Source: Mobula hypostoma (lineage: Eukaryota). Taken from it: 64,000 bases of DNA. Position 1 is the stretch's first letter; each line of letters starts with the position of its first letter. The DNA is taken from NCBI RefSeq assembly GCF_963921235.1, contig NC_086118.1:21826001-21890000 (forward strand). The letters are read 5' to 3'. Under the pieces are notes generated by a model. That model made no database searches. It was not told the origin of the DNA and saw only the letters and a program-made list of their open reading frames with translations. Of the stretch, positions 1 to 10,734 are shown piece after piece. A program made the position numbers and the translations under genes.

Positions 1-1398
1 GTCACTCCACTCTTTAAGAAAGGAGGAAGGCAGCAGAAAGGAAATTATAGACTAGTTAGCCTGACCTCAGATGTTGGAGTCAATTTTTAAGGATGAGGTA
101 TGGAATACTTGGAGACACAGGACAAAATAGGACGAAGTGTCATGGCTTCCTTCAGGGAATATCTTGCCTGATGAATCTGTTGGAATTCTTTGAAGAGATT
201 ACAAGTAGGATAGATAAAGGGGATGTAGTAGATGTTGCATATTGGACTTTCAGAAGGTCTTTGACAAGGTGCCACACATGAGGCTGCTTACCTAATTAAG
301 AGCCCATGGTATTACAGGAAAGTTCCTGGCATGGTTAGAGCATTGGCTGACTGGTAGGAGGCAGTGAGTGGGAGTAAAAGGATCCTTTTCTAGTTGGCTG
401 CCAGTGAGTAGTAGTGTTCTACAGGGGTCAGTGTGGGGACCATTTCTTTTTATGCTGTGTGTAGATCAATGATTTAGATGATGGAATAAATGGCTTTGTT
501 GGTAAGTTTGCAGATGATACAAAGATTGGTGGAGGGGTAGATAGTGTTGAGGAAACAGGTAGGCTGCAGAAGGACTTAGACAGATTAGGAGAATGGGCTA
601 GAGAGTGACAAATGAAATACAATGTTGGAAAGTGCATGGCCATGCACTTTAGTAGTAGAAATAAATGTGCGGACTATTTTCTAAACGGGGAGAAAATCCA
701 AAAATCTGAGATGCCAAGAAAATAGGGAGTCCTTGTGCAGAACAACCAGAAGATTAACTTGCAGGTAGAATTAGTGGTGAGGAAGGCAAATGCAATGTTA
801 GCATTCATTTCAAGAGGTCTAGAATACAAGAGCAGGGATGTGATGCTGAGGCTTTATAAGGTACTGGCGAGGCTTCATCTTGAGTATTGCGAACAGTTTT
901 GGGCTCCTCATCTAAGAAAAGATGTGTTGATATTGGTGAGGGTTCAGAGGAAGTTCACAAGGATGTTTCTGGGAATGAAAGGGTTATCATACAAGGAACG
1001 TTTGATAGCTCTGGGTCTGTACATACTGGAATTTAGAAGGATGGGGGTTATCTCATTGAAGCCTTCCAAACGTTGAAAGGCTTAGACAGAGTACATGTGG
1101 AAAGGATGTTTTCCATGGTGGGGGGAGTCTAGGACAAGAGGGCACAGCCTCAGGATTGAAGGGTGTCCATTTGAAACAGAAATATGGAGAAATTTCTTTA
1201 GCCAGAGAGAGGCAAATTTGTGAAATTTATTACCACAAGCAGCTGTGGAAGCCAGGTCATCGGGTGTGTTTAAGGCAGGGCTTGATAGGTTCTTGATTGG
1301 ACTCAGCATATGAGGTTACGAGGAGAAGGCTGGGGAGTAGGGCTGAGGAGAAGACTTGATGGGTCAAATGGCCTAATTCTGCTCCTATGTCTTATGTC
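1..1398 (+). mobile_element. Degenerate CR1-clade LINE, 3' part (RT domain and 3' tail)
   Basis: Fragmented ORFs with CR1 RT motifs (NLLEFFEEITSRIDKGDVVDV, KFADDTKIG, LEYCEQFWAPH); ends in a gctcctatgtcttatgt tail; stops and frameshifts present. Confidence 0.9.
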
Positions 1399-1872
1399 CT
1401 TGAGGGTGGTAGCCTCATTAAGACATCAGTGATCACCACATGGGCGATAACCTCCATCAGACTAAGGGACCATATGGAGGGGTGAAACCCAGGGGCTATT
1501 CATGTTGGCTATCCATGTTGGCAAACTCAGCCTTCACGGTTGCCAGCTTTTCTCTGTCCAGTCTATGCACGCAGGCATGGACTGGCGGGCCAGTTGTGGG
1601 AATGTGGTGCTCGACCCCATGTTTTTAATCTGTAGTGGAAAATGTGGAGTTAGTGAGGTTTGGGAATGCACCCAGCAGTCGAGTAAACTCACATGCAGTG
1701 GTGCATGTGCTTGACAGAGATGTTGTGGGGAACTTACTGGGGGAGCAGGGTAATGACCCAAAGTCCTTGACATCCACAAGCTGGCAGTTCTTAAGATCAA
1801 CTCACAGTCCTTGGGCACACAGCAAATCTGCACTGAGCAGTGGTCTGGTCACTTTAGCCAGGACAAAGTCCC

Positions 1873-2220
1873 ATGTGTAACATTGTTCACGGGGGTGAGA
1901 AATTGAAAGATCTCTTGGCATCTATAAGTTCTGGCATTGATACCACATCTATTATTCAATTCATTCAAAACGTGTGCAATCATTTCGATGATAGATTTCC
2001 TGATGACAAGTTTATAGAATGGCAAGCTTTTGACCCTGTGGCTATTGCAAATGCAACCAATTCTGAATTAGGACACAAAAATTTTGTATTACTGACAAAA
2101 AAATACTCAACTAGTATTACGAACTATTACGAAAGTGTTGGCTTGAAACATCATAGCAATACTGTGATTTCAAATTTGTCTTTTCTGAGAAACTTAAGAC
2201 TGGTTCAATTTAGGCATTGA
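1873..2220 (+). mobile_element. Possible hAT-like transposase remnant
   Basis: ORF segment FIQNVCNHFDDRFPDDKFIEWQAFDP resembles hAT/ZNF862-type C-terminal regions; no TIRs identified. Confidence 0.3.
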
Positions 2221-2416
2221 CTGTTATGTTGAACTACATGTGTACTTAGAAACAAAGAATTTGAAGAACAATTTTTTTGCATTGTTGGAAAATTTCTAAC
2301 ATTTTCATTTGTACTGTATTTTATTGTATCCTTCAGTTAATAAATAAAATCAAAGTATATGATTTTTCAATATTCACTCTGAATATTCATAATATGCCTA
2401 TTACAAAAAAAATTAT

Positions 2417-3010
2417 GTGGGATCACCCAGTGGCCACCCATTTTAACTTAGCTTCCCATTCCCATTCTGAGATGTCAATCCATTGCCTCCTCTACTGTCG
2501 CAATGAGGCCACACTCCGGTTGGAGGAACAACACCTAACATTCTGTCTGGGTAGCCTCCAACCTGATGGCATGAATATTGATTTTTCAAACTTCCCATAA
2601 TGGACCCCCCTCACTATTCCCCATGCCCTTTTTCCTCTCTCACCTTATCTCCTTGCCTGCCCGTTGTCTCCCTCTGGTGCTCCTCCCCTCTTTTCTTTTT
2701 CCCAGGGCCTTCTGTTCTCTCCAATCAGACTCCCCCTTCTCCAGCCTGTATCTCTTTCACCAATCAACTTCCCAGCTCTTTACTTCACCCTCCCCCTCTA
2801 GTTTCACCTGTCACCTTGTGTTTCTCCCTTCCCTTCCCCCATCTTTTAAATCTACTCCTCAGCTTTTTTTCTCCAGTCCTGCTGAAGGGTCTTAGCCCGA
2901 AACATCGACTGTACTTTTTTCTGTAGATGCTGCCTGGCTTGCTGAGTTCCTCCAGCATTTATGTGCGTGCTGCTTTGATATCCAGCATCTGTAGATTTTC
3001 TCTTGTTTGT
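2417..3010 (+). mobile_element. Penelope-like retroelement 3' fragment (GIY-YIG C-terminus and pyrimidine-rich tail)
   Basis: PVATHFN..SHSHSEMSIHCLLYCRNEATLRLEEQHLTFCLGSLQPDGMNIDFSNF*, followed by the gatgctgcctggc..gctgagttcctccagca tail seen many times in the window. Confidence 0.75.
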
Positions 3011-3217
3011 GATCCAATTGCTAAATTGAGATCTTTGGGACAGACACAGTTTAACATGGAAAGTTTGCTGGGATGTCAGAATCAGGTTTATTATCACCGG
3101 CATGTGTTGAGAAATTTGTTAACTTAGCAGCAGTACAATGCAATATATGATAATATGGAAAGAAAAAAATAAGTAAATCAATTACAGTAGATATATATAT
3201 AGAGTGCATTGGTTCAA

Positions 3218-3598
3218 TCACAAACAAGAGGAAACCTGCAGATGCTGGAAATCCAAATACCACACACACAAAAAAATGCTGGAGGAACTCAACAGGCCAG
3301 GCAGCATCTGTGGAAATGAGTACAGTTGACGTTTCATCAGGCCAGGAGAATGAAAAAACTTCCAGTAATGCCCCCCCGCCCCGACCCGAATCCCGTAACT
3401 GCCTATCACCTCCCTTCGGTGCTCCCCCTGAGGCCTCCAATCTCCCCCCACCAATCAGACTCCCCCCCCATCCAGCCCTGCATCCCCCCAGCTCCCACCC
3501 CACGCCTCCCCCCAGCCCCACCCACCACCCCATGCTTCTTCTTCCCCGCTCCCCCTCCAACTTTGACCCCTCCATCCTCTCCTCCCCAGTGCCGATGT
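3218..3598. mobile_element. Penelope-derived fragment with inverted tail
   Basis: Reverse-complement tail (tgcagatgctggaaatcc..ggaggaactc) joined to a forward aacttccagtaatgccc pyrimidine tract; an inverted relative lies at about 7580-7945. Confidence 0.6.
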
Positions 3599-6500
3599 AG
3601 CACCATAGAAAACATTCTTCTAGGGTGCATCACAACCTGGTATGGAAGTTGTCCTGTCCTGTCCTATGGAAGACCAGAAGAAGCTGCAGAAGAACGTGAA
3701 CACAGCGCAGCACATCACACAAACCGTAGAATCATAGAACCATAGAAACTACAGCACAGAAACAGGCCTTTTGGCCCTTCTTGGCTGTGCCGAACCATTT
3801 TCTGCCCACTCCCACTGACCTGTACACGGACCATATCCCTCCATACACCTCCCATCCATGTATCTGTCCAATTTATTCTTAAATGTTAAAAAAGAACCCG
3901 CATTTACCACCTCGTCTGGCAGCTCATTCCATACTCCCACCACTCTCTGTGTGAAGAAGCCCCCCCAATGTTCCCTTTAAACTTTTCCCCCCTCACCCTT
4001 AACCCATGTCCTCTGGTTTTTTTCTCCCCTTGCCTCAGTGGAAAAAGCCTGCTTGCATTCACTCTATCTATACCCGCCATAATTTTATATACCTCTATCA
4101 AATCTCCCCTCATTCTTTTACGCTCCAGGGAATAAAGTCCTAACCTATTCAACCTTTCTCTGTAACTGAGTTTCTCAAGTCCCGGCAACAACCTTGTAAA
4201 CCTTCTCTGCACTCTTTCAACCTTACTTATATCCTTCCTGTAATTTGGTGACCAAAACTGAACACAATACTCCAGATTCGACCTCACCAATGCCTTATAC
4301 AACCTCATCATAACATTCCAGCTCTTATCCTCAATACTTAGATTAATAAAGGCCAATGTACCAAAAGCTCTCTTTCCGACCCTATCTACCTGTGACGCCA
4401 CTTTTAGGGAATTTTGTATCTGTATTCCCAGATCCCTCTGTTCCACTGCACTCCTCGGTGCCTTACCATTAACCCTGTATGTTCTACCTTGGTTTGTTCT
4501 TCCAACGTGCAATACCTCACACTTGTCTGCATTAAACTCCATCTGCCATTTTTCAGCCCATTTTTCCAGCTGGTCCAAGTCTCTCTGCAGGCTCTGAAAA
4601 CCTTCCTCGCTGTCTACTACATCTCCAATCTTTGTATCATCAGCAAATTTACTGATCCAATTTACCACATTATCATCCAGATCATTGATATAGATGACAA
4701 ATAACAATGGACCCAGCACTGATCCCTGTGGCACACCACTAGTCACAGGCCTCCACTCGGAGAAGCAATTCTCTACTACCACTCTTTGGCTTCTTCCATT
4801 GAGCCAATGTCTGATCCAATTTACCACCTCTCCATGTATACCTAGTGACTGAATTTTCCTAACTAACCTCCCATGCGGGACCTTGTCAAAGGCCTTACTG
4901 AAGTCCATGTAGACAATATCCACTGCCTTCCCTTCATCCACTTTCCTGGTAACCTCTTTGAAAAACTCCAATAGATTGGTCAAACATGACCTGCCACGCA
5001 CAAAGCCATGTTGACTCTCCCTAATAAGTCCCTGTCTATCCAAATGCTTGTAGATTCTGTCTCTTAGTACTCCCTCCAATAACTTACCTACTACCGACGT
5101 TAAACTTACCGGCCTATAATTTCCCGGATTACTTTTCGATCCTTTTTTAAACAACGGAACAACATGAGCCACTCTCCAATCCTCCGGCACCTCACCTGTA
5201 GACAGCGACATTTTAAATATTTCTGCCAGGGCCCCTGCAATTTCAAAACCAGTCTCCTTCAAGGTCCGAGGGAACACCCTGTCAGGTCCTGGGGATTTAT
5301 CCACTTTAATTTTCCTCAAGACAGCAAGGACCTCCCCCTTTTCGATCTATACAGTTTCCATGATCTCACTACTTGTTTCCCCTAATTCCATAGACTTCAT
5401 GCCAGTTTCCTTAGTAAATACAGATGCAAAAAACCTATTTAAAATCTCCCCCATTTCCTTTGGTTCTGCACATAGGCGACCACTCTGATCTTCAAGAGGA
5501 CCAATTTTATCCCTTACAATCCTTTTGCTCTTAATATACCTGTAAAAGCTCTTTGGATTATCCTTCACTTTGACTGCCAATGCAACCTCATGTCTTCTTT
5601 TAGCACTCCTGATTTCTTTCTTAAGTATTTTCTTGCACTTCTTATACTCCTCAAGCACCTTATTTACTCCCTGCTTCCTATACATGTCATACAACTCCCT
5701 CTTCTTCTTTATCAGAGTTGCAATATCCCTTGAGAACCAAGGTTCCTTAAATCCTATTCACTTTGCCTTTAATCCTGACAGGAACATAAAAATTCTGCAC
5801 TCTCAAAATTTCTCCTTTGAAGGCTTCCCACCTACCGATCACATCCTTGCCAGAGAACAACCTGTCCCAATCCACGCTTTTTAGATCCTTTCTCATTTCT
5901 TCAAATTTGGCCTTCTTCCAGTTAAGAACCTCAACCCTAGGACCAGATCTATCCTTGTCCATGATCAAGTTGAAACTAATGGTGTTTTGATCACTGGAAC
6001 CAAAGTGCTCCCCTACACAGACTTCCGTCACTTGTCCTAACTCGTCTCCTAACAGGAGATCCAATATTGCATCCTCTCTAGTTGGTCCCTCTATATATTG
6101 ATTTAGAAAACTTTCCTGAACACATTTTTCAAACTCTAAACCATCTAGACCCCTAACAGTATGGGAGTCCCAATCAATATATGGAAAATTAAGATCCCCT
6201 ACCACCACAACTTTATGTTTCCTGCAGTTGCTTGCTATTTCCCTGCAGATTTGCTCTTTCAATTCTCGTTGACTATTGGGTGGTCTGTAATACAATCCCA
6301 CTAATGTGGCCATACCTTTCCTGTTTCTCAGCTCCACCCATAAGGACTCAGTAGACAAGCCCTCTAATCTGTCCTGCCTGAGCACTGCTGTAATATTTTC
6401 CCTAACAAGCAATGCTACTCCCCCAGCTTTCATTCCTCTGCCTCGATCACATCTGAAACATCAGAACCCTGGAATATTAAGCCGCCAGTCCTGCCCCTCT

Positions 6501-7372
6501 TGTAGCCAAGTTTCACTAATTGCTATAACGTCATAATTCCACGTGTCAATCCACGCCCTCAACTCATCCGCCTTCCCCGCAATACTCCTAGCATTGAAAT
6601 ATATACACCTCAGAAGATTTTTAACCACCATTCACAACCTTTCTATTAGCAGATTTGCTTGAACTTTTAACAACATTTATTTTCACCCCAGCCACACTGT
6701 CAGCTCTGGCACTCTGGTTCCCATCCCCCTGCAAATCTAGTTTAAAGCCTCCCCAATAGCACTAACAAACCTCCCTGAAAGAATATTGGTCCCCCTGTAG
6801 TTCAAGTGTAACCCGTCTCTCTTGTACAGGTCCCACCTGCCCCAGAAGAAGTCCCAATTATCCTGAAATCTGAAACCCTGCCCCCTACACCAGTTCCTCA
6901 GCCACTTGTTCATCCTCCAGAGCATCCTATTCCTACCCTCACTGGCATGTAGCACACCAATCTTCCGTCCTTGGACTCACTTTACACCGCACGCTGTCGG
7001 AGCAGTGCTGCCAGGATAATCAAGGACACAACCCACCCAGCCAACACACTTTTCGTCCCTCTTCCCTCCGGGAGAAGGCTCAGGAGCTTGAAGACTCGTA
7101 CGGACGGATTTGGCAACAGCTTCTTTCCAACTGTGATAAGACTGCTGAACGGATCCTGACCTGGATCTGGGCCGTACCCTCCAACTATCCGGACCTGCCT
7201 CTCGGTTTTTTTGCACTACCTTACTTTCTATATTCTATTTATGATTCATAATTTAAATTTTTAATATTTACTATCAATTTGTACTCCAGGGAGCGGGAAG
7301 CGCAGAATCAAATATCGCTGTGATGATTGTATGTTCTAGTATCAATTGTTTGGCGACAATAAAGTATAAAGT
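3599..7372 (+). mobile_element. Rex1/Babar-type LINE 3' fragment, split by a CR1 insertion (pieces about 3599-3725 and 6955-7372)
   Basis: TIENILLGCITTWYGSC on the left continues as LDSLYTARCRSSAARIIKDTTHPANTLFVPLPSGRRLRSLKTRT..FFPTVIRLLN on the right. Confidence 0.75.
3726..6954 (-). mobile_element. CR1 LINE, 5'-truncated within ORF1; ORF2 (APE endonuclease and RT) almost complete but frameshifted
   Basis: ORFs 6737-6955 (SGNH esterase end, DGLHLN), 5747-6433 (endonuclease, GLYYRPPNS, GDLNFP), 5347-5694 and 3904-5319 (RT, GVPQGSVLGP, KFADDTK); short-repeat 3' tail at 3726-3750. Confidence 0.95.
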
Positions 7373-7375
7373 ATC

Positions 7376-7945
7376 CTGGCCCAAAACATTGACTACATGC
7401 CCCTCCATGGATGCTGCCTGGCCTGCTGAGACTCTGCAGATGCTGGAAATCCAGAAAAATGCACACAAAATGCTGGAGGAACTCAGAAGGTCAGGCAGCA
7501 TCTATGTCAGGGGTTCCCAGCCTGGGGTCCACAGAATCTTTGGTTAATGATAGGGGATAAATTGGAAAACTCTGACCTATGGAGTCAAAATCCCCAGCCT
7601 GGACTTATCATGAAAGCTGGCCTGAGGAGGAGAATGGGGAGGAGGAGGCATGAGGTGGCATGTGGGGCTGGGGGAAGGGAGGGATGGGGTGGAGAGCTGA
7701 GGGGGAATGCAGGACTGAAGAGGGGAGAATCTGATGGAGGGGCTGTGGGAACTGAGAGAGGTGGGAGAAGCACCTGAGGGAGGTGATGGGCCGGAACGGG
7801 GATGGGTGGGAGAGGGAAATGGTGAAGGAGGTGCATTACTGGAAGTTTTTTTTCTGTCGGTCCTGATGAAGTGTCTCAGCCCGAAACACTTCTTTTCCAT
7901 TGATGCTGCCTTGCCTGTTGAGTTCCTCCAACATTTTGTGTGTAA
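7376..7945. mobile_element. Penelope-derived tail fragments
   Basis: Copies of the gatgctgcc/ggaggaactc tail in both orientations plus a purine tract ending in cattactggaag. Confidence 0.6.
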
Positions 7946-8079
7946 CGTGGGTTCAATGTCCATTTACAAATCGTATGACATCGTAATGTATAAAATGATT
8001 ATCTGAAAAGCATTAGACGTTTTGATATGAGTTCTTTTGGAGGGGGAGTTTATTTCTGTCTCTTTGCTGCACACTCCCA

Positions 8080-8182
8080 GTCAGTAGGTGGCGGTAATGC
8101 TTCTAATGCCGGTCTGCCAACCGCCATTAAACTTTACGAAAAAAGACCTGGAAGAGACTTGGCGTTTTTGGGGATCGAGGAG
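8080..8182 (+). promoter_or_regulatory. Probable CpG-rich promoter and non-coding first exon of the TRIM-MLLE gene
   Basis: Non-repeat CpG-rich segment ending in a strong donor GAG|GTAAGG (intron starts 8183); matching acceptor tcttttctttgggcag ends at 9507, upstream of the ATG; 5' boundary is a guess. Confidence 0.55.
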
Positions 8183-8274
8183 GTAAGGTTCCTGCCGAGC
8201 GAGAGGCCGAGGATTCCGGCACCCGACAAGTGAAACACACCGGTTTCTACGGATCCCAGCATCCGTGAAATCCC

Positions 8275-9190
8275 CGGTGTCTGAGGGGGGAAACAACCCG
8301 CTGGTGTCTGAGGGGAGAAACAACCCGCTGGTGTCTGAGGGGAGAAACAACCCGCTGGTGTCTGAGGGTTCCAGCGTCTGAGGGGAGAAACAACCCACCG
8401 TTGTCTGAGGGTTCCGGCGTCCGAGGGGAGAAACAACCCGGTGTCTGAGGGGAGAAACAACCCGGTGCCTGAGGGGAGAAACATCCCGCCGGTGCCTGAG
8501 GGGAGAAACATCCCGCCGGTGCCTGAGGGGAGAAACTTCCCGCCGGTGCCTGAGGGGAGAAACAACCCGCCGGTGTCTGAGGGGAGAAACTTCCCGCCGG
8601 TGCCTGAGGGGAGAAACAACCCGCCGGTGCCTGAGGGGAGAAACAACCCGCCGGTGCCTGAGGGGAGAAACATCCCGCCGGTGCCTGAGGGGAGAAACTT
8701 CCCGCCGGTGCCTGAGGGGAGAAACATCCCGCCGGTGCCTGAGGGGAGAAACATCCCGCCGGTGCCTGAGGGGAGAAACTTCCCGCCGGTGCCTGAGGGG
8801 AGAAACAACCCGCCGGTGCCTGAGGGGAGAAACTTCCCGCCGGTGCCTGAGGGGAGAAACAACCCGCCGGTGCCTGAGGGGAGAAACATCCCGCCGGTGC
8901 CTGAGGGGAGAAACTTCCCGCCGGTGCCTGAGGGGGGGAAACTTCCCGCCGGTGCCTGAGGGGAGAAACATCCCGCCGGTGCCTGAGGGGAGAAACTTCC
9001 CGCCGGTGCCTGAGGGGAGAAACAACCCGCCGGTGTCTGAGGGGAGAAACAACCCGCCGGTGTCTGAGGGGAGAAACAACCCGCCGGTGTCTGAGGGGAG
9101 AAACATCCCGCCGGTGTCTGCGGGGAGAAACTACCCGCCAGTGTCTGAGGGTTCCGGCGTCCGAGGGGAGAAACATCCCGGTGTCTGAGG
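8275..9190. repeat. 27-bp GC-rich minisatellite (about 30+ units)
   Basis: Unit cctgaggggagaaac(aac/atc/ttc)ccgccggtg in tandem; it generates the periodic PEGRNxPPV and FLPSGTGG ORFs. Confidence 0.97.
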
Positions 9191-9583
9191 TGCGGGCGTT
9201 GCAGCAAAGCCTGGTGTTTTTTTTCTTGGAGGATTGATTCTGGTGTCCCAGTGGCGAGGGGGTGCAAATCCTGGTGTCAGTGGGCCAAGGAGGTCCTGGT
9301 GTCAGAGGGCCGGGTGTGTGCGGGTCCTGGTGTCAGAGGGGGCGGGTGTGTGCGGGTCCTGGTGTCTGAAGTGAGAAAGGATGTAGATCCTGAGGGCGGG
9401 GCAATGTTTAGTGTTTGAGGAAGAGATCTCCGATTGAGGGTTGAGGAGAGCAGATCCGGGTGTTTGAGGGGCAAGAGGTGGTAATTGCTGTCTTTTCTTT
9501 TGGGCAGGGGGACAACCTGCAGCCAAGAATGAGCTGGAAGTCAAGCTAAGAGCCTGTGGCCTCCGCCCTAGTCTGGCCACACC

Positions 9584-10153
9584 ATGGCTGTAACAAACCT
9601 CTTCTCCCTGGAGCAACAGTTGTCTTGCTCCATCTGCCTGGAGGTCTTCAGCAATCCTGTCAATCTTCCATGTGGACACACGTTTTGCCTACACTGCATC
9701 CAGAAAACTTGGGATCAGAATCCCATTGGCTCGGTCAACTTGTGCCCACAGTGCCGGGCTGCCTTCACCACCAGGCCCAATCTGCAGAAAAATATTGTCC
9801 TATGTGGGATTGTGGATGAGTTCCATAAGATGGGCCAGGCGGCAGCCAGGCTGACTTTGGCGGAGGACATCACATGCGATTCTTGTGGGTCCAAGGCAGC
9901 AAAGTCCTGTTTAGCCTGCTTGTCTACATTTTGTGAGGTCCATCTGAGGCCACATCTTGAGGACAAGGCCCTTCGAGACCACCAGCTCACTGACCCGGTC
10001 AGAGATTTGGACAGGAGAAAATGCAAAGTGCACTCAAAGTTCCTTGAGTTCTTCTGCAAGACCGATCAGATGTGCATCTGTAGTCTGTGCATCCTGCATG
10101 CACATCGGGATCACAAAATCATTACCCTGGAAGAGGAGACTGGTGAGAAAAAG
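9584..10153 (+). CDS. TRIM-MLLE coding exon 1: RING, B-box1, B-box2 (TRIM25/TRIM16/finTRIM-like)
   Basis: Kozak ccacaccATGg; C3HC4 RING CSICLEVFSNPVNLPCGHTFCLHC..CPQC; B-box1 CDSC..KSCLACLSTFCEVHLRPH; B-box2 CKVH..FFCKTDQMCICSLC..H..H; donor AAG|GTAAGC, phase 0, 570 nt. Confidence 0.97.
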
Positions 10154-10399
10154 GTAAGCCTCACTTATATCCCATTTAAAATGTGGAACAGTATAGTATA
10201 GGCCCTTCAGCCCATGATGTTGTGCTGACCTATATAAATCTCCTCCATGACCAATCTAACCCATCCCTCCTACACAGCCCATAACCTTCCCATTTTCTTT
10301 CATCCATATACAGGGATGCTGCCAAAAAAGAAAAAGCGAAAAAGTTTAAGACTAGCATAATCCTGTAATGCTGAAAGACCAATAAGTCAAACAGGGTTA

Positions 10400-10680
10400 G
10401 GGCAGCATGATAGTGTGGTGATAAGCACAGCACTTTACAGTACTGTTGACCAAGGTTCAATTCCTGCCGCTGCTTGTAAGGACTCTGTACGCAATCCTTG
10501 TGACTGTGTGGGTTTCCCCTGGGTGCTCCAATTCCCGCCCCCCCCCCCACAGTCTAAAGATTGGTTAATTGGTCATTGTAAATTGTCCTGTGATTAGGCT
10601 AGGATTAAACAGAGGGTTGCTCACTGGTGCGGCTCGAAGGGCCTGCTCTGTGCTTTATCTCAATAAGTAAATAAAAAGGT
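10400..10680 (+). mobile_element. SINE (tRNA-head type)
   Basis: Head tagtgtggtgataagcac..ggttcaattcc; related copies at 47470-47750 and 55818-55890. Confidence 0.65.
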
Positions 10681-10734
10681 TTATCTCAAGAAATATTGAG
10701 GATTGGATAGTGAAATGTAAACAGGCAAGGTCTT

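Noticed and set aside
2578..3745. Pro-, Ser- or Gly-rich ORFs
   Set aside because: Translations of low-complexity purine/pyrimidine tracts in Penelope-derived repeats
8275..9190. CRISPR-like array
   Set aside because: Units are contiguous with no unique spacers, there are no cas genes, and the DNA is eukaryotic
8081..9267. Long ORFs (341, 377, 309, 172 aa) with periodic peptides
   Set aside because: Artefacts of a stop-free 27-bp minisatellite that is open in several frames on both strands
10154..10201. Extension VSLTYIPFKMWNSIV of the 205-aa ORF
   Set aside because: Read-through past a consensus donor (AAG|GTAAGC) into the intron
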